Assembly: GCA_036514635.1 (NCBI GenBank)
Contig: DATBWU010000155.1
Location: forward strand, 802 to 64,801
Direction of reading: 5' to 3'
DNA: 64,000 nucleotides
DNA from: Anaerolineae bacterium
Lineage (GTDB): Bacteria > Chloroflexota > Anaerolineae > Fen-1058
Numbering within the stretch: position 1 is the stretch's first letter; the number at the start of each line of letters is the position of its first letter. Below are positions 38,879-46,215 of the stretch, piece by piece. A model generated the notes under the pieces. It was given only the letters and a program-made list of their open reading frames with translations. It searched no databases and had not been told where the DNA came from. The position numbers were made by a program, and so were the translations under genes.

Positions 38879-39949
38879 ATGAATCGCCACCTGGGCCGCG
38901 CGGTCTTGATCCTGGTTTTGCTGTGGCTGATCGGCTGGCGCGCTGCGCTCACGTCGGCGCAGACACCGACGCCCACTGCGCGGACGCCCATTCCCCTCGT
39001 CAACCTGCTGCAGAACCCATCGTTCGAAGACGAGTCTGACGCATGGGATGGTTATCGTGAAGTACGCACCTCGAAAGGCTGGCGTGCCTGGTGGATGGAG
39101 CGCGAAGGCGACGTGGGCTACATCCTGCGCCGGCCCGAATGCAAGTCGGCCCATCACTTCGTCTTCGCCAATCGCGTCAAATCGGGCGAGTACGCGCAGC
39201 AGTGCTTCACGTCCTTCGGCACGCACGACATGGGCCTGTATCAGCAGGTCAAGGTGAAGTCGGGGCAGGTGCTGCTCTTTTCAATCTGGACACAGGTGTG
39301 GTCAACCAGCACAGGCAACCCGGACGTATCGGAGTTGCCGGGCAACGTCAGAGTCTCCATCGGCATCGATCCGACGGGCGGCAGCGATCCCTTCTCGCCG
39401 ATTGTCCATTGGTCGCCCGAAATTGAGGCGTACGATCGCTGGCACTTTCAGTTCGTTCAAGAGGTCGCCCAGAGTGACGTGGTCACGGTATTCACACGCT
39501 CGCGGGCCGAGTTCGCCGTGCGCAACAACGATGTGTATTGGGACGAGGCCGGGCTGGTGGATGCCGATCAGGTCGTCGCGCTGCAACTGACGCCGATTCC
39601 GACGGCCACACCTAAACCGACGCCGACGCTCGGCCCCGAATCGATCCTGTACGCGCCCCCGGTCACCGACACACTGCGGATCATCGCCGCGCGTTTCGGC
39701 GTCGACTTCAAGAAAGTGGCGTTGTCCAATCGCGTGCCGGGGAATGTGGCGGTGCAGCCTGGCCTGCCGGTGATCATCCCCGGCGGACAGGAGCGCCATG
39801 CGACGCGCGGAACGTACGTCGTGCCGCCCGGCGAGACGCTCGACTCGATCGCGGCGAGATTTCAATTTCAGACCGTCGAGCTGGCCTTGCTCAATCGCCG
39901 TTTCGGGCCGGGCATCACCTGGCCGGGTGAGACGCTGATCCTGCCGTGA
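38879..39949 (+). CDS. Secreted protein: jelly-roll/CBM-like N-domain plus two LysM-like C-terminal repeats
   Basis: 356 aa, signal peptide. NPSFED...W motif typical of CBM4_9-like modules, PT linker, then two LysM-like segments (TDTLRIIAARFG..., GETLDSIAARFQ...). Confidence 0.65.
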   Translation: MNRHLGRAVLILVLLWLIGWRAALTSAQTPTPTARTPIPLVNLLQNPSFEDESDAWDGYREVRTSKGWRAWWMEREGDVGYILRRPECKSAHHFVFANRVKSGEYAQQCFTSFGTHDMGLYQQVKVKSGQVLLFSIWTQVWSTSTGNPDVSELPGNVRVSIGIDPTGGSDPFSPIVHWSPEIEAYDRWHFQFVQEVAQSDVVTVFTRSRAEFAVRNNDVYWDEAGLVDADQVVALQLTPIPTATPKPTPTLGPESILYAPPVTDTLRIIAARFGVDFKKVALSNRVPGNVAVQPGLPVIIPGGQERHATRGTYVVPPGETLDSIAARFQFQTVELALLNRRFGPGITWPGETLILP

Positions 39950-40078
39950 CGAAGGACGAATGACGAACGACGAAGGACGAATAACGAAGGACCAATGAGA
40001 GAACTCTCCTTACGTCTTTGGTCTTTCGTCTTTGGTCTTTCGTCTTTGGTCTTTCGTCCTTCGTCTTCGGTCTTTCGC
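39950..40078. repeat. Imperfect palindrome of ACGAAGGACGAA words with a 14-nt tandem in the right arm
   Basis: cgaaggacgaatgacgaacgacgaaggacgaataacgaagg ... (gtctttggtctttc)x3 gtccttcgtcttcggtctttcg. Confidence 0.85.
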
Positions 40079-40086
40079 TATCAAAC

Positions 40087-40449
40087 ATGAAATTCGTCAA
40101 AGTCGTCAACGCGAGAAATGAAACGCTGCTGTCGCGGGTGAAGTGGTGCGACACGTTCGGAGCGCGCCTGCGCGGCTTGACATTTCGCGCGCCACTCGCG
40201 CCCGACGAAGGGCTGATCCTGGTCGAGCCGCGCGCCAGCGTCGCAGGGACAAGCATTCACATGTTCTTCGTCAGCTTCGCCATCGCCGCCGTCTGGCTCG
40301 GCGACGATCGGCGGATAGTACATTCGGCACTTGCGCGCCCGTGGCGACCCTATTATGCTTCACCTCGACCGGCACGCTACGTCCTGGAAGGTCCGCCGAA
40401 CCTGCTGGAGCGCATTACCGTTGGCGATGTGCTGAGATTCGAGGAATAA
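40087..40449 (+). CDS. DUF192 domain protein
   Basis: ATG 40087, 120 aa. ...ARLRGL.F...L..DEGLIL......IHM.FV.F.I..V.L pattern. Confidence 0.7.
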   Translation: MKFVKVVNARNETLLSRVKWCDTFGARLRGLTFRAPLAPDEGLILVEPRASVAGTSIHMFFVSFAIAAVWLGDDRRIVHSALARPWRPYYASPRPARYVLEGPPNLLERITVGDVLRFEE

Positions 40450-40484
40450 GATCGTGGAATGCTTACGCCATCAGAGAATTAGGG

Positions 40485-40552
40485 GACACGGATTTACACG
40501 GAACACACGGATCAATAAATCACATCCGGGCTCATCCGTGTTCATCCGCGTC
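40485..40552. repeat. Imperfect palindrome of CACGGAT words
   Basis: gacacggatttacacggaacacacggat ... atccgggctcatccgtgttcatccgcgtc. The right arm contains the GTG start of the M23 gene. Confidence 0.8.
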
Positions 40553-41812
40553 CTATTGATTATTTTTATCGCCCTCGTTCCACTTGCGCCGGCCGCCGCG
40601 CAATCCAACACATCGACGGTCTACGTCGTGCAGCCCGGCGATACGCTCTTCAGCATCGCGCGCCGATTCAACATCTCGGTCACCGAACTCGCGCAGTACA
40701 ACGGCCTGCTGAATCCCAACCTGATCTACGTCGGGCAGGAGATCAAGATTCCCGCGTCGGGGTCGCGCGCCACACCCTCGAGCACGCCCGCACTCGGCGT
40801 GCCCGGCGCGACCTATCGTGTCCATGTCGTTCAGCCGGGCGAGAATCTGTTCCGCATCGCGCTCAAGTACGGCGTCAGTGTGCAGTCGATTGCCAACGCG
40901 AACAACCTCGCCAACACATCGCTGATCTTTGTCGGCCAGCAGTTGAGCATCCCCGCCGCCGGAGATGCGCCGGTCGCTGCGCCAAGCGTTCCCCTGCCCG
41001 ATCCATTCCTGTCCTTCAACATCAGCCCGCTGCCGGTGGCGCAAGGCGACATCGTTCTCGTCAGGGTTCGCACGCGCGAGCCGGTCACGCTGGACGGTGT
41101 GTTCATCGACTGGGCTATCCCGTTTGCCCTGGAAGGCGACATCTACTACGGCCTCGTCGGCGTGTCGGCCAACCCGGTGAATGGGCCGCAGCTCGGCATC
41201 TATCCGCTCAGCGTCACCTCGACCGACGCGAACGGCGCGCAGGTCACGATCTCGGCCAGCGTGCAAGTGACGGCGGGCCGCTACAATTCCGAATACATCG
41301 ACCTGCCGCCCGATCGGCAGGCGCTGCTCGACCCGCAGCTTCTCGCCGCCGAGCGCGAGAAACTCGCCGCCGTGTGGACGATCTTCAACCCGGCGCGCTA
41401 CTGGAACGGCCCCTTCGCGCTGCCGATTCAGGATTTTACCAAGATCAGCTCGCCCTTCGGCACACGCCGATCGTACAACGGCGGCCCGCTCAGTTCGTAT
41501 CACGAGGGCACCGACTTCTCGGCCAAGACGGGCACGCCGGTCTACGCGCCCGCGAAGGGGGTCGTCGTGCTGGCCGAGCCGCTGATCGTGCGCGGCAACG
41601 CCATCGTCATCGACCACGGCTGGGGCGTGTTTACCGGCCTCTACCACCTGTCGGAGATCGATGTCACCGTCGGCCAGCAGGTGAAGCAGGGTGATTTCAT
41701 TGGCCGCGTCGGCGGCACAGGCCTGTCGACCGGCCCACACCTGCATTGGGACATCCGCATCCGCAGCCTCAACGTCGATCCGCTGCAATTGACCCGGCAG
41801 GCGCTGCCCTGA
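40538..41812 (+). CDS. LysM-domain M23 family metallopeptidase
   Basis: GTG 40538 gives the signal peptide MFIRVLLIIFIALVPLAPAAAQ. Two LysM repeats; M23 motifs YHEGTDF and GPHLHWD. Confidence 0.88.
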   Translation: MFIRVLLIIFIALVPLAPAAAQSNTSTVYVVQPGDTLFSIARRFNISVTELAQYNGLLNPNLIYVGQEIKIPASGSRATPSSTPALGVPGATYRVHVVQPGENLFRIALKYGVSVQSIANANNLANTSLIFVGQQLSIPAAGDAPVAAPSVPLPDPFLSFNISPLPVAQGDIVLVRVRTREPVTLDGVFIDWAIPFALEGDIYYGLVGVSANPVNGPQLGIYPLSVTSTDANGAQVTISASVQVTAGRYNSEYIDLPPDRQALLDPQLLAAEREKLAAVWTIFNPARYWNGPFALPIQDFTKISSPFGTRRSYNGGPLSSYHEGTDFSAKTGTPVYAPAKGVVVLAEPLIVRGNAIVIDHGWGVFTGLYHLSEIDVTVGQQVKQGDFIGRVGGTGLSTGPHLHWDIRIRSLNVDPLQLTRQALP

Positions 41813-41817
41813 AATAA

Positions 41818-41848
41818 GAATCCCGGTTTCTGCGAGAAACCGGGATTC
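41818..41848. terminator. Bidirectional stem-loop between convergent genes
   Basis: gaatcccggtttc tgcga gaaaccgggattc. Confidence 0.7.
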
Positions 41849-41867
41849 TCTCGCTGACTCGCTGATT

Positions 41868-42146
41868 CTATCGACCCTCTTGCTCATCGAAGTCAACAAC
41901 ATCCTCGTCCCCACCCACCTCAATCAACTCTCGCGCTTCCTCGGCGCGCTCGATCGGCACCAGCACGCGTACCTCGCCCAGCCCGTCGAACGTCATACCC
42001 ATGCCAGCTCCTACGGCCTCATAGTCGAGCACGGCCGGAATGCCTGAGGCTTCCAGGCGGCCTTTGATCACCTGCGCGCTCAACAACCCCGACGCGCGAT
42101 ACACGACCTGCAGCCCTTCCCGCTTTACATTTCTTGGCCCGAACAT
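41868..42146 (-). CDS. DUF2007-like small protein (putative signal-transducing, PII-like fold)
   Basis: 92 aa, SD GGAGG upstream. ...A.VIKGRLEASGIPAVL... pattern. Family call from memory. Confidence 0.55.
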   Translation of the reverse strand: MFGPRNVKREGLQVVYRASGLLSAQVIKGRLEASGIPAVLDYEAVGAGMGMTFDGLGEVRVLVPIERAEEARELIEVGGDEDVVDFDEQEGR

Positions 42147-42240
42147 CTTACCTCCCTACTCCCACACCTCCAGACTGCGTAGACAGTATAGCACACCCGC
42201 ACAGCCGACGTTTGCCGCACACTGATCTCGCAGCCACTTG

Positions 42241-42249
42241 TGGTATAAT
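42241..42249 (+). promoter_or_regulatory. Extended -10 element TGgTATAAT
   Basis: tggtataat at 42241-42249, 19 nt upstream of ATG 42269. Confidence 0.35.
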
Positions 42250-42268
42250 CCCGCGCAGCAACCTTCGA

Positions 42269-43855
42269 ATGCGGTACCCCGCAGGAGTGCCTTTCACAGT
42301 GATTCAGCGCGCTACACAATCGCCTGACTACTGGACGCAGAAGTTCACCGTTCAGACAGATGACCTCGATTACCTGCTCAATCTTTTCCTGGATGACGAG
42401 CTGCCCCGCACTGCGGACGAATTAGCTTTGGAGTTGGTGCGCTATCGCTGCCAGCGCGAAGAAGCCGCGCTCAGCCGCGAATTGATCAAGGGCATACTGT
42501 ACCAGCCGAAGGATAGCTACAGCCCGGGCCAGCAGATTGTCTTTCCCGCGCTCCAGTTCGCCGTCGGCAAAGTCCTCGCCGTGCGCAACGGCGTCAACCC
42601 GGAAATCGGCCCGTTCAAAGTGATGCGCGTCGAAATGGGAGACGGTCGCACGCGAGACTTCGCCGCCGAATATCCCGTGCCGCATCATCTCAACATCGAC
42701 AGCCACCTGGCGCAAGAGCAGTCGTTGTTATCGCCCGAGGAAATCTTCTCGCGTCATAGCAAGTTGGTCGTGGAGCAGCTCGCACACAAATTGGAGCAGA
42801 CACCCGACCTGGTGTCCATCGCTGGCAAGTGGTTCCCGCGTGGCCTGATCCCCGACATGAACGTCGGCCATCTCAACTTGGCCGAAGCCGTGCTCGACAT
42901 GAACGGTGGCGGCCCGCTGCCCACCGAGTCGTTGCTCAAAGATATCGGGTTACCGTCGCAGATCAACCGCCCGCTGCAAACCTTCTCGCTCAATTACGCG
43001 CTGTACAAAGATGAACGCTTCGACGAAGTAGGCCCGGCCGGCGAAGTGATGTGGTTTCTGCGCCGCCTCGAGCCACCCGAAGTGCTGTATCAGCCGCCGC
43101 GCCTGATCGCCGTCGATGTGCCCTACGATCGGTCGCGCCTGGATCCGCCCCTGCTGCGCATCGAGCGCGAGATCGACGACGAACTGTCCAATATCCCCGC
43201 ACCCGATGAGGCGATCGACGAACTCACCTTCGTGCTCACCTATCCGCACCGGCGCGTCGGAACGCTGCCGCTGTCGCCGCGCATTGCCAAGCTGTTCCCC
43301 ACGGGGCGCACGCCTCGTATCCGTTTCATGTTCGAGGACGCGCGCACGGGGCAGCGCTGGCCGGGTTGGGTCGTGCGCGAGCACCGGTATGCCTTCGGAC
43401 TCGACACCTGGTACGAGGCCAACGAAGTGCCGGCCGGCGCATACGTGGAGATTCGGCGCAGTCGCGAGCCGGGCGTGATCGAAATCGACCTGCAGGGTCG
43501 CCGCCCCAAGCGCGAATGGGTGCGCGTGGCGCAGGTCAAAGACCGGCGCATCACGTTCGAGATGCTCAAGAAGCAGATCGCCTGCGATTACGATGAGCAA
43601 ATGATCCTCGCCGTCGATCGCCCGGCGGAGTTCGACGAGGCGTGGCTGCGCGCCGAGAACCGCTCGCTGCGCGATTGGATCGGCGACATTTTCCCCGAAC
43701 TCGCCAAACTCAGCCCACAGGGAACCGTGCACGCCAAGACACTCTACACCGCCGTCAACGCCGTGCGGCGCATCGCTCCCGGCCCACTCTTCGCCGAATG
43801 GAGCGTGCATCCGGCCGTGCGCATGGTCGGTGACGGATACGCCATCGTGCGGTGA
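42269..43855 (+). CDS. Hypothetical protein (528 aa), no domain recognised
   Basis: Long ORF with coding-like composition. ATG 42269 chosen after the -10 element (GTG 42299 possible). Confidence 0.6.
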   Translation: MRYPAGVPFTVIQRATQSPDYWTQKFTVQTDDLDYLLNLFLDDELPRTADELALELVRYRCQREEAALSRELIKGILYQPKDSYSPGQQIVFPALQFAVGKVLAVRNGVNPEIGPFKVMRVEMGDGRTRDFAAEYPVPHHLNIDSHLAQEQSLLSPEEIFSRHSKLVVEQLAHKLEQTPDLVSIAGKWFPRGLIPDMNVGHLNLAEAVLDMNGGGPLPTESLLKDIGLPSQINRPLQTFSLNYALYKDERFDEVGPAGEVMWFLRRLEPPEVLYQPPRLIAVDVPYDRSRLDPPLLRIEREIDDELSNIPAPDEAIDELTFVLTYPHRRVGTLPLSPRIAKLFPTGRTPRIRFMFEDARTGQRWPGWVVREHRYAFGLDTWYEANEVPAGAYVEIRRSREPGVIEIDLQGRRPKREWVRVAQVKDRRITFEMLKKQIACDYDEQMILAVDRPAEFDEAWLRAENRSLRDWIGDIFPELAKLSPQGTVHAKTLYTAVNAVRRIAPGPLFAEWSVHPAVRMVGDGYAIVR

Positions 43856-43893
43856 CGCGAAGCGCCGCACGGCCACGACGCCAGGGCAATCGG

Positions 43894-43902
43894 TGGTATA
43901 AT
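43894..43902 (+). promoter_or_regulatory. Extended -10 element TGgTATAAT immediately upstream of a terminator hairpin
   Basis: tggtataat at 43894-43902. Confidence 0.3.
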
Positions 43903-43906
43903 CACC

Positions 43907-43935
43907 CGCGGTCGAGACGACCGCGAGTTTTTTTT
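43907..43935 (+). terminator. Intrinsic terminator (8-bp GC stem plus T8)
   Basis: cgcggtcg aga cgaccgcg ag tttttttt. Ends 10 nt before ATG 43946. Confidence 0.75.
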
Positions 43936-43945
43936 AGGGACGTCA

Positions 43946-44395
43946 ATGATGAGTACACCAGGCCACAAGCTATCGCGCTTGATCAGACCGACGCTCGACA
44001 CGCCGTTTCATATCGATTTCGATTGGTGGGGAAAAGACGGGCGCGACTTGCGCGCCTACCTGCTCAGCCAGATTCCGCCCGACATGCGCGATGCGTATGC
44101 CGAGCTAAACGGCGAAGCGCTGGTCGACGTGGTCAATGCGGAAAGCGGCGAAGTCAAGCAGGAAGATGGCTTGTTGTCGCGCGTGCGATCACTGGCCAGG
44201 CAGCAATCCGACTTCGTCACCGCGCACACCTCGATCGTCGACGCGATATTCCGCACGTTCTTGATCAACGATAACCAGCCGCTCACCGCCTACGAGCTGT
44301 CTCGCCGCATCAATCGCGACGCCGGTTTGATCTTGCGCACGCTGGCCGGTGGACAGGTGTACAAGGGATTGCGCCCCTACATCGAAAAAGGCTGA
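43946..44395 (+). CDS. Hypothetical protein (149 aa), possible C-terminal winged helix
   Basis: No Cys. C-terminal ...PLTAYELSRRINRDAGLILRTLAGGQVYKGL. 2-nt gap to the next CDS. Confidence 0.6.
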   Translation: MMSTPGHKLSRLIRPTLDTPFHIDFDWWGKDGRDLRAYLLSQIPPDMRDAYAELNGEALVDVVNAESGEVKQEDGLLSRVRSLARQQSDFVTAHTSIVDAIFRTFLINDNQPLTAYELSRRINRDAGLILRTLAGGQVYKGLRPYIEKG

Positions 44396-44397
44396 GC

Positions 44398-44673
44398 GTG
44401 CGCGTCCAGGTGAAACTGCACGCTATTCTGCGTGATTATCGCCCGCCCGGCTTCAAGGGCGATGTGTTGAACGTCGTTGTGGAGGAAGGCGCGACGGTGC
44501 TGACCGCCATCGAACACCTGGGCATCCCGCGCAAGGTGCTGCACGCTGCCTTTCTCAACGATCAACAAGTGGGCGTGGACGCGACGCTCAAAGAGGGTGA
44601 CTTTCTCAGGCTCTTCCCGCCGGTGGTGGGCGGTTCCTCAGCCTCGCCCCGGCTGAGCCAGGGGAGCGGGTGA
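44398..44673 (+). CDS. MoaD/ThiS-family beta-grasp (ubiquitin-like) protein with a 12-residue extension after the GG
   Basis: GTG start. ...LKEGDFLRLFPPVVGG (GG codons 44629-44634) followed by SSASPRLSQGSG*. Confidence 0.75.
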   Translation: MRVQVKLHAILRDYRPPGFKGDVLNVVVEEGATVLTAIEHLGIPRKVLHAAFLNDQQVGVDATLKEGDFLRLFPPVVGGSSASPRLSQGSG

Positions 44674-44674
44674 G

Positions 44675-45112
44675 ATGCGCATCTTCCTCGCCGGCATCAT
44701 GCAAGGCTCGCGCCGCGAGAGGGGCATCGCGTCGCAAGAGTATCGTGCGCAGTTGGCGCAGGTGCTGCGCCAGCACCTCGACGATACACAGATCATCGAT
44801 CCCTTCACCTTGCATCCCGAGAGCGTCGATTACTCCTTCGAGGCGGGCCGGAAGACCCTGCTGGAAATGGCCGAGGCGGCCGGTCGGGCCGACGCGCTGG
44901 TGGCCTTCGTGCCGGAAGCCAGCATGGGGACCGCTATCGAAATCTGGGAAGCGTATCGCCATCAGCGTCCCATTTTCATCATCTCGCCGCTGCGCGAGAA
45001 CTGGGTCATCCGCTTCTTGTCGACGCGCGTGTTCGAAACGCACGAGGAGTTCATCGGCTTCGTCGCATCCGGCGAGTTCCAACGCGCCATCCAGTCGCAA
45101 TCGCCCCCGTAG
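44675..45112 (+). CDS. Nucleoside 2-deoxyribosyltransferase-like (SLOG/Rossmannoid) protein
   Basis: 145 aa. MRIFLAG..., ADALVAFVPEASMGTAIEIWEAY..RPIFII pattern. The last 10 nt, including the TAG stop, overlap tRNA-Arg. Confidence 0.65.
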   Translation: MRIFLAGIMQGSRRERGIASQEYRAQLAQVLRQHLDDTQIIDPFTLHPESVDYSFEAGRKTLLEMAEAAGRADALVAFVPEASMGTAIEIWEAYRHQRPIFIISPLRENWVIRFLSTRVFETHEEFIGFVASGEFQRAIQSQSPP

Positions 45113-45175
45113 CTCAATGGATAGAGCACCTGCCTTCTAAGCAGTAGGTTGTGGGTTCGAGTCCCGCCGGGGGCG
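45103..45175 (+). tRNA. tRNA-Arg (anticodon TCT)
   Basis: gcccccg-ta-gctc..gagc-a-cctgc-ctTCTaa-gcagt-aggtt-gtggg-ttcgagt-cccgc-cgggggc-g. One 27:43 mismatch. Confidence 0.9.
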
Positions 45176-45205
45176 CCTGTTCCTGAAGGTCTACATCTTG
45201 GAGGC

Positions 45206-45727
45206 GTGACCATTCCTGTCGCACCCACGTCGAGCATCCCGGATGTCCCGCGGCAGCAGATCGAGCACCTGGCGCAGACGCTGCTGGATCGCTACCAGGT
45301 TCGCCAGCCGCCGGTGCCGATCGAGCGGATGGTGGCCGAGCCGTCGCTGGGCCTGTGGGACGTCGATCAGACCGACTTGAGCGCGACCATCGGGCACGGG
45401 CTGTATCGCTATGCTCCACGCATGGCCCAGGCGCGACTGCTGTATCGCGCTATCTGCGACAGCGAGTCCGCGCGCCATCACGGGTTGAACGTACCTTGGC
45501 CGGCGTCGCGCCACGAGATCAAATACTTCGCGCGCTGCTTGCTGATACCGGAAGCCTGGGTGCGCACGCTGCCCCCTTCGCAGCACTACCCGGACATACT
45601 CAGCGAGATATTCCAAGTTCCCTCTTACGACATCGTAACGCGCCTGGCCGAACTCGGCCTCGACATTCCCGAATCCTCCACGGCTCAAACTCCTGATCCG
45701 GATGAGCCGGAACCCAACGTGCGATGA
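45206..45727 (+). CDS. ImmA/IrrE (M78)-like protein lacking the HExxH motif (pseudo-peptidase)
   Basis: GTG 45206 (start uncertain). Scaffold matches: PVPIERM..., RHEIKYFARCLLIPEAWV (E..AN.FA..LL.P), LSEIFQVPSYDIVTRLAELGL. YRAIC sits where HExxH is expected. Confidence 0.5.
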   Translation: MTIPVAPTSSIPDVPRQQIEHLAQTLLDRYQVRQPPVPIERMVAEPSLGLWDVDQTDLSATIGHGLYRYAPRMAQARLLYRAICDSESARHHGLNVPWPASRHEIKYFARCLLIPEAWVRTLPPSQHYPDILSEIFQVPSYDIVTRLAELGLDIPESSTAQTPDPDEPEPNVR

Positions 45728-46146
45728 GAAACCACATGTCATACAACTTCCCCAGCGCCGAATGGGTGGCTGAGCTGGAGCGGCAGATCAATTCCAGCGA
45801 AGAGTACGCCAGAGCCGCCAGCACTTGGGAAGGCGACTTGAACTTCATGATCGAGGGCCTGCCGGGCGCCGAAAAGCCTATCGTGATCTATCTCGACCTC
45901 TGGCACGGCAAATGCCGCGAGGCGCACATTACGGACGAAGCCTCGATGAAAGCGGCCAGGTTTCGGATCAACGCGCCGCTTGCCAACTGGAGGCGCGTGA
46001 TCATGAAGGAGGTTGGCCTGATTCCGGCCCTGGTCAGTGGGCAGCTCAAGCTCCACGGCAACCTGCCCCACATTCTGCGTCACGTGCGCGCCGCGCAGGA
46101 GCTGGTCGAGTGTGCCACCCGAGTCGACACCGACTTCCCGATCTGA
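45724..46146 (+). CDS. SCP2 sterol-carrier-like domain protein
   Basis: 140 aa, ATGA overlap with the upstream stop. ...ALVSGQLKLHGNLPHILRH... typical SCP2 C-terminus. Confidence 0.7.
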   Translation: MRNHMSYNFPSAEWVAELERQINSSEEYARAASTWEGDLNFMIEGLPGAEKPIVIYLDLWHGKCREAHITDEASMKAARFRINAPLANWRRVIMKEVGLIPALVSGQLKLHGNLPHILRHVRAAQELVECATRVDTDFPI

Positions 46147-46215
46147 TCGGTGAGAGGCATCTCCCGATGCCGGCTGTTGGCGACGGGAGTCGCACCTTAC
46201 CCTCCCATACTCACT

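Noticed and set aside
44398-45112. A CBASS/Bil-type ubiquitin-like conjugation defence operon.
   Set aside because: No E1, E2, JAMM/DUB, cyclase or effector genes are in the neighbourhood. The beta-grasp is MoaD/ThiS-like rather than ubiquitin- or ISG15-like. The cluster is reported as unexplained, not as a known defence type.
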